Assembly (NCBI RefSeq): GCF_006345805.1
Contig: NC_042998.1
Location: forward strand, 96,782,001-96,846,000
DNA length: 64,000 nucleotides
From: Octopus sinensis
Lineage: Eukaryota
Direction of reading: 5' to 3'
Shown: positions 13,801-28,416 of the stretch, piece after piece
Numbering within the stretch: the stretch's first letter is position 1
Layout: every line of letters starts with the position of its first letter
Notes under the pieces: model-generated
The model's input: the letters and a program-made list of their open reading frames with translations, nothing else
Database searches by the model: none
What the model was told of the DNA's origin: nothing
Translations under genes and position numbers: made by a program

Positions 13801-16025
13801 GTAATAACATCAGGACACCAAGAACAATGACCACATATTTGCCATAACTAATAAAGAATCCCTGGTTCACCTGAAGATTGAAACAGCTGTGTGTTTCATT
13901 ATAATAAACAGCATTACTGAAATAGAAAATTTTCAAACATTTATTCATATTCTTCTTCAGCCAGGTTTCTCAGAATTAAAAAAATACATAATGAAAACTT
14001 TAAAATGTAATTATTACAGAAAATAAGAATGTCTTAAATTTGCAGTAAATTATAATTTTGATAAAAGTTAATCATTTAACCCATTTAGCATTCAGATTAA
14101 TCTATCAAATGTAATGATTATTTATTCACATTATTTTGAATTAATTATGCATTATTTCATAGCTTTCAGATTTTCATGATGTGATTGTTTATTTTTAGAT
14201 GGACATTGTAGGGTAGGTGTGAGAGGCTGCATCTGGTTGGTTTGAACATAAAACAGGTAAAATATTTAGGATGGATATGGAAGATTTGAATGCTATTTTT
14301 AATTTCCATCACTTATTTCTGTTTATAAAACATTTATATTACAGTATAAGTGTACATGTACAACGAAGTGTAAGTGTCTTAAGAGAAAAATTGGGTACAA
14401 GAGGCACCCGATGTAGTGTGCAAGAGAAAAGATTGCACATGTATGGTCATGTGATGCATATGAACGAGAACAGCTGCATAAAAAAGTGCTGAAATCTAAC
14501 CTGTGAAAGAGGTAGACCCAGGAAGATGTGAATGAAGTGGTGGAATATGACCTTCAGATGTTGAGTCTCACAGAGGTGATGACAAGTAACTGAGACTTCT
14601 GGTGAATTGTTGTGCTTGAGAAGACACATTGAGCTAAGTGAAATCAGTCATGGTCAGTGCTGATGACATGTAAAAGGCACCTGTGCCAGTGACACATAAG
14701 AGGCCCCTGGTACACTCTGTGGACAGTTAGCATTAGGAAGGACATCAAGCTATAGAAACCAAGCCAAAACAGACTGGAGCCAGGTGCAGATCTCCAGTTT
14801 ACCAGTTACCATCAAATCATCTAACCTATGCCAGCATGGAAAATGGACACTGAATGCTGCTGCTGGTGATAACTAAACTATTTTACATATGGGTAGGTGC
14901 TGCTAAATGCATAGACATCCGAGACCACATCCGGTCAAAGGTCATTCATCTGACTGGCAAAAGTCATTCACAGATACACTCCAACTTCAGGGTCCTCAGA
15001 TGAGCTATTTTCTTCTTTCTTCACCTTTTGTTTTTAAACTATACTATAATTGCTTCTATTCCTCAGAGCTGGTTAACTTGACACTCAGAACAGGTTAACA
15101 TAAGTAGTTCAATGAAAGGATCTCAATCTAATTGAATATTGATATGTTGTTTGCTAGAACAAAGATATGGGACATGGTCACTTATCGTAATCAAACAGCT
15201 ATAAGATATAGTGTTCTTTGTGAAACTGGTGAAATGTTGGTTTTAAATTTTTGCACAAGGCCAGCAGTTTCAGGTTGGGGGTAAATCAATTACACTGACC
15301 TCAGTGCTCAATTGATGCTTATTTTATTCTTTTCTACTCAAAGCACAAGGCCCGAAATTTTGGGGGAGGGCGCCAGTTGATTAGATCAACCCCAGTATGC
15401 AGCTGGTACTTAATTTATCAACCCCAAAAGGATGAAAAACAAAGTTGAACTCAACGGAATTTGAACTCAGAATGTAAAGACAAATGAAATACCACTAAGC
15501 ATTTCACCCAGTGTGCTAACAATTCTGCCATCTCAATGCCTTCATGATACTTATTTTATTGACCCTGAAAGAATGAAAGGCAAAGTCAACTTCAGCAGAA
15601 AAGACCGAATAGTTATGGCCAGAATATTTTGAACATAGGTTTACTCAATCTGAACCGACCTGGAACTAAACAACAATGGCAGTAGTGGAGTAGTAGTAAC
15701 AACAATCTTAATGACTTATTGTCAAATTGACTGGCTTATTGTCAACTTATTGTCAAACTATCAAATGTAAACGAGAAATAATAAGTTGAAAGTATATTTA
15801 CGGAACAGGAGGTTTTGCTTCCAAAATGTAACCAGTAAAAGAGACGAGAAAGATCAAATAAATAAAGAGATTCACATAGTAGAGGGGTGCTCCGAATGAA
15901 GACCATTTATAACTCAGGAGTTGTTTTACAACAGGATGAGAGAGTAAGATTTCTTGGTTGTTCTCAGCCTGAAATCAAAAACAAAAATTAGGTAGATGAC
16001 GTGGGGAAATGTATTGGTGTGAATG

Positions 16026-16061
<36 letters not shown>

Positions 16062-16302
16062 AGTATCTTAATGCAAGTTCAAGAACAACAATATAGCAAT
16101 AAGTCAATACCACCAGGCAAAGCTATGATGGGCCAGTCATGTTACAAGGTTCACAGACCATCGGTGGACCCATGCGGTTGTCGAGTGGTATCCTCACAAA
16201 TGGAAGGGACCACTTGGAAGACCTGGCAAGAGCACAAGGCAGAGGGACTAAATGCAGTGGTCAGTGGAGCCAATCCAGCACCAGACCACCTGGCCAATCC
16301 AG

Positions 16303-16346
<44 letters not shown>

Positions 16347-19300
16347 ATCTGCCAGATTGTTACGTAGATAATGAAAGCCATTGCAGAGAACTTTTATGCA
16401 AATAATATATTTTTCGTAAATTTTTTCTTGTTCCTTGTGAAAATAACTACTGCAGTTGTTTGTGTGATGACAACTGCAGCCACGTCATAGGCCAGTCTTC
16501 AGTTGTGCTGACATAAAGAGATGATATTTAATTCAAGCCACTTACAGTGATGTGCTTTCACTCATTCATGTGTGTCTATGAGTAGTATCAAAAGTACTGG
16601 ACATTCACAGATGTTCAGTTGGAGTCTTGTATAGCAATGTAAGTTTTCAGTCAAGTGGTTATTCTAATTTTTATTAAATTAGAGTATTAACATTTTCTAT
16701 ATTCAAATAAAATTATCAAAATATTTGACCATCAAGTGCTTGAAACTTTTGTGAATCCAAACAGCAGGTTTTGAAACAATCAGCAATTGAATATTGAAAT
16801 AAATAGCATAGCTAAAGCGAGAATACCTTTGATAGAATATCTATCTGACATGGGCAGACCCAAGAATAACAACACTTTGTAGTAGTACACAAGAACAAAC
16901 TAACAAGGGGCAATATTTGAGAAATAGTAGCCAAATCTATCTGAAGAGGAAGAACACACTGAAAAATATATTCTTAAATAAAAATACAGGATTTTTTGAG
17001 GGGTTTTTTTTTGTTTTGTTTTGTTTTGTTTTTATCCATCTGGAATAAGAGCTGCGCCCATGGTTTTTGCAAGCTCTCCAAGGCCAGAAATTACAATTCA
17101 ATCGAATAATATTTTCACAACATTAATGTTTAAGAAGCCACTACAAAAATAAATACACCTGACAGACTCCGTAAATACTTTTATAAAATTTTTAGTATCT
17201 TTCTTACCTTACCTATTTATAATTCATTAATAGTTATATAAGCACTAACACAATTTTATTAATACCAGACTATATACAATCACATGAATTCACTAGATTT
17301 TGGACAAGCTTAGCCCTCACTAGCAAGTGGAGTATGAACTAATAGCCTGTATAACACTTCTGCAAATAATTTAAGATATTTATGTAGTCATGAGAAGACA
17401 AACATCCTCTTTGATCTCTAAACTTTGACCCAGCAAAAACATTCAAAACATGACAAATGAATGGAGAGGGAGCTGCACCACTAGTTCATTGGTATTCATT
17501 TTTGTATGAGTAGACTAGAGCATTGTGAACATACAGTTCTATGGCTCTTTGTTTTGCTTCTCATTCAATGACTTTATTGAAATGTGGAACTTTGTTACTG
17601 ATTCTGGTCCATAAATCTGCCAGTGAATTCAAGTAATTCAGAGATTTTTATCTTGTTTGGCACTAAATACAGCAGGTTTCACTTGACTGACAATAGAGTA
17701 GATGTGCTTAGAAAGAAATTTACCAAATGAGAAAATGGCATGTCACTCTACCGTCTAAATTTTCAAGATCAAATTTTCTTCCAATATCAGAAAAGAAATG
17801 TGTCTAAATATTTTAGTCTAAATCCCATCACAGCACATTAATATCAGCAGTGCTTAAGTATTTACCAGACAAAAACTAGTCCAAAATATAAAATTCTTGT
17901 TCAACAATGCCAGAAGATTCTCAGATTTTCAGAATTGACAACACCTGATACACATTGATTGGAAAACAAAATATATTTGTCCACTTGTTTACCAAGCATT
18001 GCTTACTTGAACAGAGGAATTAAATGCTGTTGAAATAAAGAGTTAAAGTTTACCATAATGTTTAAAGGATGGTTCTTTTTCAACATGGTCATATTTGTGG
18101 TGTAAGGAAGTGCATCTGGTGTCACTTTAAAGTCATCATCATAACTTAAACCTGAATAAGAAAATAAAAATAAGATGAGCAATGCAGTGCATGAATATAT
18201 GGGTGCAAGCATGGTTTGTATGACTAAGAAGTTCACTTCACAGTTTCACAGTTCAATCCTAGTATGTGGTACTCTGAGTATTATATATTACTAATATATT
18301 ATTGATATTATTAATATTATATATACATATCATCATCATCATCATTGTTTAATGTCCACTTTCCATGCTAGCATGGGTTGGACGATTTGACTGAGGACTG
18401 GTGAGCCGGATGGCTGCACCAGGCTCCAATCTGATCTGGCAGGGTTTCTACAGCTGGATGCCCTTCCTAATGCCTACCACTCCGAGAGTGTGGTGGGTGC
18501 TTTTATGTGCCACCAGCACGAGGGCCAGTCAGGCGGTACTGGCAATGGCCATGCTCAAGTGGTGTTTTTTACATGCCACCTGCACAGGAGCCAGTCCAGC
18601 GGCACTGGCAACAATCTCACTCAAATGTTTTTCACGTGCCACCGGCACAAGTGCCAGTAAGGTGACACTGGTAATGATAACATTTGAATGGTGCTTTTTA
18701 TATATATATATATATATATTTGTAATTATAATAAGGTTAGTTAGAAGAAATAAAGGAATTGTTCCTCTATATACAGGTACAGAAATTTTTCATATTCATT
18801 TTATTTTAGTTAATTTTGCTCCGTTTCATTCTCTTTCATTCTCTTGGAAAATTTGAAAACTTCCTATACCTGTATAGGAACACTTCTTTCATTTCTTCTG
18901 ACTAACCTTGTTATTAATATGCTACTCTCTCTCTCACTCTCTCTCTCTCTCTCTCTTTCTGTGTGTGTGTGTTAGTGTTGTTTCATGTCAAGTTATAATT
19001 TAACTAAAGTAATTTAACATTAACATTAAACTTTTGGCTAAACTAAAATTTATTCCATAAAAACTATTTTTTATATGAGAACCTTTAAGTAGAGTATATT
19101 TGTTTTCCTGTTTTTTATGCTGTGTGTGTAAAACTCGGATTGTGAGAACAAACACTAATATATTTTCAGTAAAACTATTATATAAAAACATTTGCTATGA
19201 TGTGAAAACATATTTTTGTATTTTTACTTTCTCTGGTGCAGGCGTGGTTGAGTTGTAAGAAACTAGCTTCCCAACCACATGATTCTGAGTTCAGTCCCAC

Positions 19301-20304
19301 TGCACGGCACCTTGATGAAATGTTGCTGGGTTTCATGAATTCAATTTACATGGAGATTTACATTAAAATCCTGATATTTAAAACCCCATATGGTACATAC
19401 CTGAAGATGAGGCTACATCACTGTTCTTAGCAACCTTCCAATCTGTGTAGGTGTCATCCAAGTATTTATAGGTGAAGGTTATAGAATAATCAGGTTTGTC
19501 TGGACTACCAGAAGTAGAAAGACATTGGCTAAGGACTTTCTCTGCAACTTCTGTATCAAAATAGAGATTTGTACAAAAATCAATACAAAAGACAAGACAA
19601 GTAGTTTCTAGCTTTATTTAGAATTACTAATTAATATACATATCATTATCTACAATTTCAATCTTTGCTTCATCACTTATTACAAAGGCCTATATTGTAT
19701 ATATATATCTTTCATAATGAATGTATACCAACCCAAATTAAAGCCCCTTCATTCCACCTGTTTTCCTCTATATAGCCTTCAGTCATAGAATTCTATTTCC
19801 AGTTCTTACAGGCATTGAAATGAGATGACAAGAAAGAAAGGCAGCTGTATGCAAGATGGCAGAGACATAGCAGAAAGGGCTTCTTGTTGGTTATAAAACA
19901 AGAGAGAGCAGTTGAAAGCCAGGAGAAGTGAGGAGTAGTAATTTGGCTGCCACTTCCAACCCACCAATGGGAGGGTGTTATATGTTCAGGATTGAAAACC
20001 CAATGATCATTGGATACTATCTGAGGACATCAGCTCTTCCTGGTCAAAGCTACATCCACTAAAGGTGAATGAAAATAAAGCATCTTCTTTTAGATGTAAT
20101 CAGCATCAGTTTCTATTCCTCAAGAAGAACATTCTGCCAATCACAATAAGAACAGTAACCAAAGCCTTGTGAGTGTATTAGGTAGATGGAATATTAAAGA
20201 AGCCCATTGTATACATATATAATACATACATATATATATATATACTATACATATATATATATATAATAATATATATATATATATATACATACATATATAT
20301 ATAT

Positions 20305-20342
<38 letters not shown>

Positions 20343-20356
20343 TATAATATACATAC

Positions 20357-20387
<31 letters not shown>

Positions 20388-21402
20388 CATACATATATAT
20401 AATACATATATATATATACATACATATATACATAATATATATATACATATATAATATATATATATATATTATACATATAATATATATATATATACATACA
20501 TATATATATACTATATATATATAACATAATATATAACATATATATATATACATTATATATATACATATATATATATACATACATATATACATATATATAT
20601 ACATATATATATTATATATATATAATATATACATATATATATACATATATATATACATATATTATATATACATATATATATATTACATATACATATATAC
20701 ATATATATATACACATATATATATACACATATATATATACATATATATATATACATATATATATATACATATATATATATACATATATATATATACATAT
20801 ATATATAATATATATACATATATATATATACATATATATATATACATATATATATATACATATACATATATTACATATATATATACAACATATATATATA
20901 TCACATATATATATATACATATATATATATATACAATAATATATACATATATAATATACATATAGATATATACATATATATACATATATATATTACATAT
21001 ATATTATACATATATATACACATATATATATACACAATATATATATAACATATATATATACATATATATATACACATATATATATACATATATATATAAC
21101 ATATATATATACACATATATATATACACATAATATATACACATATATATATACTATATATATATATACACATATATATATACACATATATATACACATAT
21201 ATATATACATATATATATATACACATATATATACACATATATTATATACACATAATATATACATATATATATATACATATATATATACACATATATATAT
21301 ACATATATATAATATACATATATATATATACATATATATAATACATATATATATATATACATATATATATATACATATATATATATACATATATATATAT
21401 AC

Positions 21403-21438
<36 letters not shown>

Positions 21439-21690
21439 TACATATATATACACATATATATATACACATATATATATACACATATATATATACATATATA
21501 ATACACATATATATATACATATATATATACATATATATATCACATATATATATACAATATATATATACACATATATATATACACAATATATATACACATA
21601 TATATTATACTATATATATATATACTATATATATATACACATAATATATACACATATATATATACATATATAATATACATATATATATAC

Positions 21691-21751
<61 letters not shown>

Positions 21752-21926
21752 TACATTATATATATATACATAATATATATATACATATTATATATATATA
21801 TACATATTATATATACATATATATATATACATATATATATACATAATATATATATATAATATATACATATATATATACATATTATATATACATATATATA
21901 TATAATATATATACATATATATATAC

Positions 21927-21957
<31 letters not shown>

Positions 21958-22320
21958 CATATATAATATACATATATACATATATATATAACATATATAC
22001 ATATATATATATACATATATACATATATATATATATATAATATACATATATATATACATATTATATACATATATATATACATATACATATATATATACAT
22101 ATATATATCACATATATATATATATACATATATATATATTATATATACATATACATATATATATACATATATATATATTACATATATAATATATATACAT
22201 ATATATATATATACATATTATATATACATATATATATACATATATATATATACATATATATATACATATATATATATACATATATATGTATATATATATA
22301 TACACACACATGTGTGTATG

Positions 22321-22362
<42 letters not shown>

Positions 22363-22849
22363 TGTGTCTGTGTTTGTCCACCACTGCCACTTGTCAACTG
22401 GTGTCAGTGTGTTTATGTCCCTGTAACATAGTGGTTCAGCAAAAGAGACCGATAGAATAAGTACCAGGCTTTAAAGGGTAAGTCCTGGGGTCGATTTATT
22501 TGACTAAAACCCTTCAGTGCCCCAGCATGGCCGCAGTCAAAAATGACTGAAACAAGTAAAAGATTAATATAATACTATAAGTGAATAAGTGTGAAACTGT
22601 AGTACAGGTTCATATACAAAGAACGACATATCCTCACCTGGCATTTTTCTAATTAATTTTCTCATTGGTGTTTGACGATAGCCTTTTTTTAAATCAAGTG
22701 TCTCGTTTTGCATTGCCTCTTCCCACCTATCATCACTGACAATTAGCATAGCAACATCACTGAAATTAGATCAAATATGGTCATATTAGTAATGTTTGCA
22801 GAATATTAGAAAAACATCACAAGTTGACTTGCTGAATAAAGATATGAAT

Positions 22850-22893
<44 letters not shown>

Positions 22894-25800
22894 TTTATAT
22901 ATATATATATGTGTGTATATATATGTATGTATGTATATGTATGTATGTATATATATATATATATATATATATTTAAAATTAGATAAGGGTAGAAATCGAT
23001 ATTAATCAATTAAAACCAGTGGTCTAGCATATTTTTAAAAAATCCGAAGATTAAAAATTTTTTACATACAAAATTTAGAGGACTGACCACTAAAAGTAGA
23101 CAGCCCTTATGCTAGATATAGACGTCAAAATCACCATTTTCCACGAAGAATGTGTTCTCAAGAAAAAAAACCTTATTTTTACACTTTGGTTTTTTGCTGA
23201 GGTTTTTTCTTGAGAACACATTCTTCGTGGAAAATGGCGATTTTGACGTCTGTATCTAGCATATAGGCTGTCCACTTTTAGTGGTCAGTCCTCTAAATTT
23301 TGTATATATATATATATATCATCGTTTAACATCCATCTTCCATGCATACATGGTAGGACAGTTGACAGGAGCTTGACAGATAGAAAAACTACCCGAGGCT
23401 ACTGAGTTTGCTTTGGAAGGGATTTTAAGACTGGATGCCCTTCCTAACACCAACCACTCAGCAGAGTGGACTTAGTGCTTTTTAGGTGGGACTAGCACAG
23501 GCGAAGTTAGTTTTGGCATGATTTTTACAGCTGAATGCTCTTCCAAACACCTACCACAAGTACCATCCACTTTCAGTGACAAGCACTTCTGTATACAGCT
23601 ATTTTCACTTATATGCATCACATGTCCAAACCAATGCATTCTCCTCTCCTGCATACCACATTTAATCCCTCTTATGCCTAACTTTTCTCTCAACACAGTT
23701 GTGTTTTGTCAGTCATGCACACTGATGTTGCAAACCCAACAGAGCCTACTACCTTCATTCCTCTCCAGCCTACATAAGTCCTCTGCAGTCAGTGCCCATG
23801 TCTCACTACCATGCAACATAGCCGTTCTCACACAAGCATCATACAATTTACCTTTCACTCTGAGAGAGAGTTGTTTTGCTGCCAACAGAGATAGTAGTTC
23901 TCCAAACTTCCTCCATCCTATTCTTATTCTAGAAACAATACTTTCAGAGCCTCCACCACCTTTACTAATTTGATCATCTAAATAGCAGAAACTATCTACT
24001 ACCTCAAGAGAGCCTCCTGGGCATTTCAGAGAGCTCAAGTCCCTTGTGTTCATAGAACTTTCTGTTCCTGAGCATCTGCCACACGTGAAAGTGTCCTTAT
24101 CTGATAATCTACCCACAATTCCACTGCATCTCTTATGCATCCATGGCTTATATATATATATATGTAAATGATTTTTTATGGGTATGTACCCACACTTATA
24201 TGAGTATATATGTAATTTGGTTAATACTTTAGAATCTCCGAAGAGGCCTTAAGATATATTTGTAAATGTTTCATTTTTAACTCCATATTGGCATACTATA
24301 CATGGCTAATATAGGTAAAATGAGGCATATTTATCTGCATGGCCGAAACAGCTGTAAGATATAGTGTATATTTATATTTATATCTATTTATATTTATTTA
24401 TTTATATCCTCTTATAATGATTGTACCTATTGTATTGTATTACTCATTCATGTACGCTGTTTTGTTTAACCTTAATGTTCTTATGTAGTGGTTCAATAAA
24501 GTATGTGATTGGGTATTATCTGGTAGTTGATTAATGATTTAGATATATTTCTCCATTTTCTGATTTTGTATATATATATATATATATATTTAATAAATAT
24601 CAGGGTAGGAAAATTTTTAAAGAAATTTTTTACTACCAGTAGCCTGCTGAAGAGAACTTCACCTGGCAAATTATTTGCTAAATAGAGTTTGAAATCATGG
24701 TCCAGGAGAAAGATGGTAAATATTTTTATTTTTCATTCCTTTCAACATTACCCTTAATAGTGGTTTGGATTTTGACTACTCCTTCTAATGTGTTAGATGC
24801 CCTATTATGGCCATCTCTTATGTGTTTAAATGTACACTGTATTTATATATACATATATATATTATCATCATCATTCAATGTTTATCTCCCATACTAGTAT
24901 GGACGATATATATATATATATCAAAATAAGCAACAAGGATATCCAGAGGTAATGCAGTTGCTTATTTTGATTTTAATCACCTTACTTTGAAATTGTATGG
25001 ATAATACAGCACTAAATTCTGGTGCCTCAACTTACGTACCATATTCATCTGAATCTAAATTTTTGCTGAACTCATCTTTATATATATGTATAAAATATAA
25101 ATTAGAGATAAAACCACTATTATGCAACTCAAACAGTGATAGACATTAACCAAAACATAAATAACAAATTAAATATATTTTTATAAAACATATAACTAGA
25201 TCTCAAAAAGTATAAAAATGAATAATCAATATATAATAAGTATATATATATGCCACACATGTAGATCAAATTTATTAAAATGTGAAACATAAAGTTCTAG
25301 TTTAAGTCTTCAGTATTCAACTTACTCTGCCAAATGCAATGCTTAGTTATTCACATTATTTTGAATTAATCATACATTATCTTGTAGCTTTGAGAGTTCA
25401 ATGATGTGATAATTTATTTTTAGAATGACCTTGTACGATAGGTGTGGGAGTCTGGATCTGACTAGTTTGAAAATAAAACAAAAACATAAAAATATTCATG
25501 TTGGATATGGCTATTTTAAATGCTAAGAGGTTAAACAAAGCCAATACTTCTTGAAGTAGCAATAATTTTTCATACTGAAAATCACTTACTTGTTATTATT
25601 ATCAATTGCCAAGTCAAGACAATTATTTCCATCCGAATCTCTTTGACTGACACTAGCATTTCTCTGCAGTAAGAGCCGTACCATGCGTAGATGTCCATTA
25701 CGGCATGCAAGATGGAGAGGAGTTGTCTACAAATAAAAAAAATGTACAGTTGGTGAGAGACACTAGTCTTAGCACATCACATATAGAGAACAAACTGATT

Positions 25801-26884
25801 TAACTATCTACTATACAAACCTTAGATTTATCTGCAGGGTCAACTAAACTATCAGAGTCTAAAAGAATCATTGCCATATGAGTCCATCCATTAGCAGCTG
25901 CACAATCCAGTGGTGTCCACATATTGTTGTTACTGGAAAATATTAGTAAAGATGGAAAGCAAATAATAATAAATATTTTCAAAAAATGATAATTGAAGAT
26001 TGGGTTTTTTTTTCCATTTTAATGTAGATAAAGCTATAAATAAACCTTTCTACAATAGGCAGAAGAGAGGGGGTAGTCAATTACATCAACCCCAGTGCTC
26101 GACTGGGGCTTGTTTTACCGATGCCCAAAAGGATAAAAGGCAAAGCCAGCCCTGGTGGAATTTGAACTCAGAACATAAAGACAGACAAAAGGATGCTAAG
26201 CATTTTGCCCAGCATGCTAATGATTCTGCCAGCTACCACCAAGGAGGAGGAGGAGAAGAAGAAGAAGAAGAAGAAGAAGAAGAAAGAAAAAGAAGAAAAA
26301 GAAGAAGAAGAAGAAGAAGAAGAAACTACCATTACCATCATCATTATCATTGGCTGATGCCTGTTTTTCATGCTGGCCAGCCAGGGAGCTGTCCAGACCC
26401 CAATTGTCTGTTGCGGCAAGGTTTCTATGGCTGTATGCCCTTCCTTACACCAACAACTTTACAGTGTTTACTGAGTACTTTTTATGTGTCACTGGCACAT
26501 GGAGAGCACGTGGAGAGGAAAAGGTATACAGTTGCTCATAGGGTATGAATCCACACATTTTGTGAACATAACAGATGTACTTCTATTATACCGTCAACTT
26601 TTTACTAACCAAGTGGTTTCTGAAACCCGGTATTTTACATGCTGTTATTTATAGTTTATCTACTTTGAGTCATACTTATAAACTCTCTTATTCTTTTACA
26701 TATTTCAATCATCTGATTGCAGCCATGTTGGAACACAACCATGTTTAAAGAAATTGCCCCTTTCTTTGTAAGCCTAATACTTATTTTATCAGTCTCTTTT
26801 GCTGAACTGCTAAGATAAACACACCAGCATCAGTTGTCAAGTGATGGCAGGGAGGCGGGCGTAAATACAGACACACACACATAA

Positions 26885-26915
<31 letters not shown>

Positions 26916-28346
26916 ATGGGCTTCTTTCAATTTCCATCTACCAAATGCATTCACAAGGCTTTGGTCAGCCAAAGGCTATAGTAGAAGACACTTGTCCAAG
27001 GCACCATGCAGTGGGACTGAACCCAGAACTGTGTGGTTGGGAAGCAATCTTCTTACCACACAGCCATGCCAGGAATTTTTTTTTTTCACTTCATTCTGAA
27101 ATTAAAACATCTATTAAACATTTAGAAAAATATATAAATAAATGTTATTTATCATTATTACATAATTGTCACACACTACAATATAATTGTGAGGGCGCGT
27201 GGCTTAGTGGTTAGGGCATTCGGCTCATGATCGTAAGGTTGTGAGTTCGATCCCGGCGACGCGTTGTGTCCTTGAGCAAGACACTTTATTTCACGTTGCT
27301 CCAGTCCACTCAGCTGGCAAAATGAGTTGTACTTGTATTTCAAAGGGTCAGCCTTGTCACTCTCTGTGTCACGCTGATTATCCCCGAGAACTACGTTAAG
27401 GGTACACGTGTCTGTGGAATGCTCAGCCATTTGCACGTTAATTCACGAGCAGCTGTTCCGTTGATCGTATCAGCTGGGACCCTCGTCGTCGTAACCGGCG
27501 GAGTCTTTTTTTACAATATAATTGCAATGCTGTGGTAAAATTATGATGATACAGTACTGTCTCTTAATTATCTGTGCACAGCAACCACAACCAAAACAAT
27601 TGAACTAAATTATATGCTTGTAGTTACCCCTCTACTACTGTTGTTATTACAACTGCTTGCTTTTAACCAATTTCTCATGGTATTGTATGATTGTATGATA
27701 ATATGATGCAAAGCTTCATAATAGGAAATTTTATAAAATTTCAAATCAAACTAGTTACATGTATGACCATGACAAACGAGGCATTATCAATGTGATGTTT
27801 GCATCTAAGAGAAGCAAAAGTTAAACTTCATTCAATTGTATCTCAGGCATGATAACAGTATAGTTAAGAAGTTTGCTTCACAACAAAGTGACCTTGGTAC
27901 TGCATTGGGTGTGAGTGTCTCTACAATAGCTCCAGGCTGACCAAAGCCTTGTGAATGAGTTCGGTAGATGGAAACAGAAAACAAGTTCATCATATATGTG
28001 TGCGTGTCATGTACATGTGTGTGCATGTGTGTGTGTGTCTGTGTGTGTGAGTGTGTGTGCATGCATGTTTATGTGCATATGTGTGTGCATGAGTGTATGT
28101 GTGCTACTGTCTTCTTGCATTGACATCATGTGATAGTTGTAAACGAGTGTCACCAACATACAAACAGTATCATATCTGGTCATGAATAAATATAACCTTA
28201 CTTGGAAACAGGTGAGGGTTGACGACAGGAAGGGCATTCAGCTGTAGAAAATCTACCTCGACAAATTCCGTCTGACCCATACCAGCATAGAAAGATGGAC
28301 ATTAAAATGATAATGATAATGAGACCGAAATATGTCTGTCATGTGT

Positions 28347-28416
<70 letters not shown>

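Noticed and set aside
13866-13895. CTGAAGA-TT-GAAA-CAGCTG-T motif antisense to exon R resembling a minimal hammerhead
   Set aside because: No stem II, G at the cleavage position and no stem I in register; a coincidence of codon sequence.
19818-20145. Solo-LTR-like segment (TATAAAA and AATAAA motifs)
   Set aside because: No convincing TG..CA termini with TSD and no second copy in the window.
20141-22390. Numerous long Tyr/Ile/Met/Val ORFs in the ORF track
   Set aside because: Artefacts of the stop-poor (TA/CA)n microsatellite.
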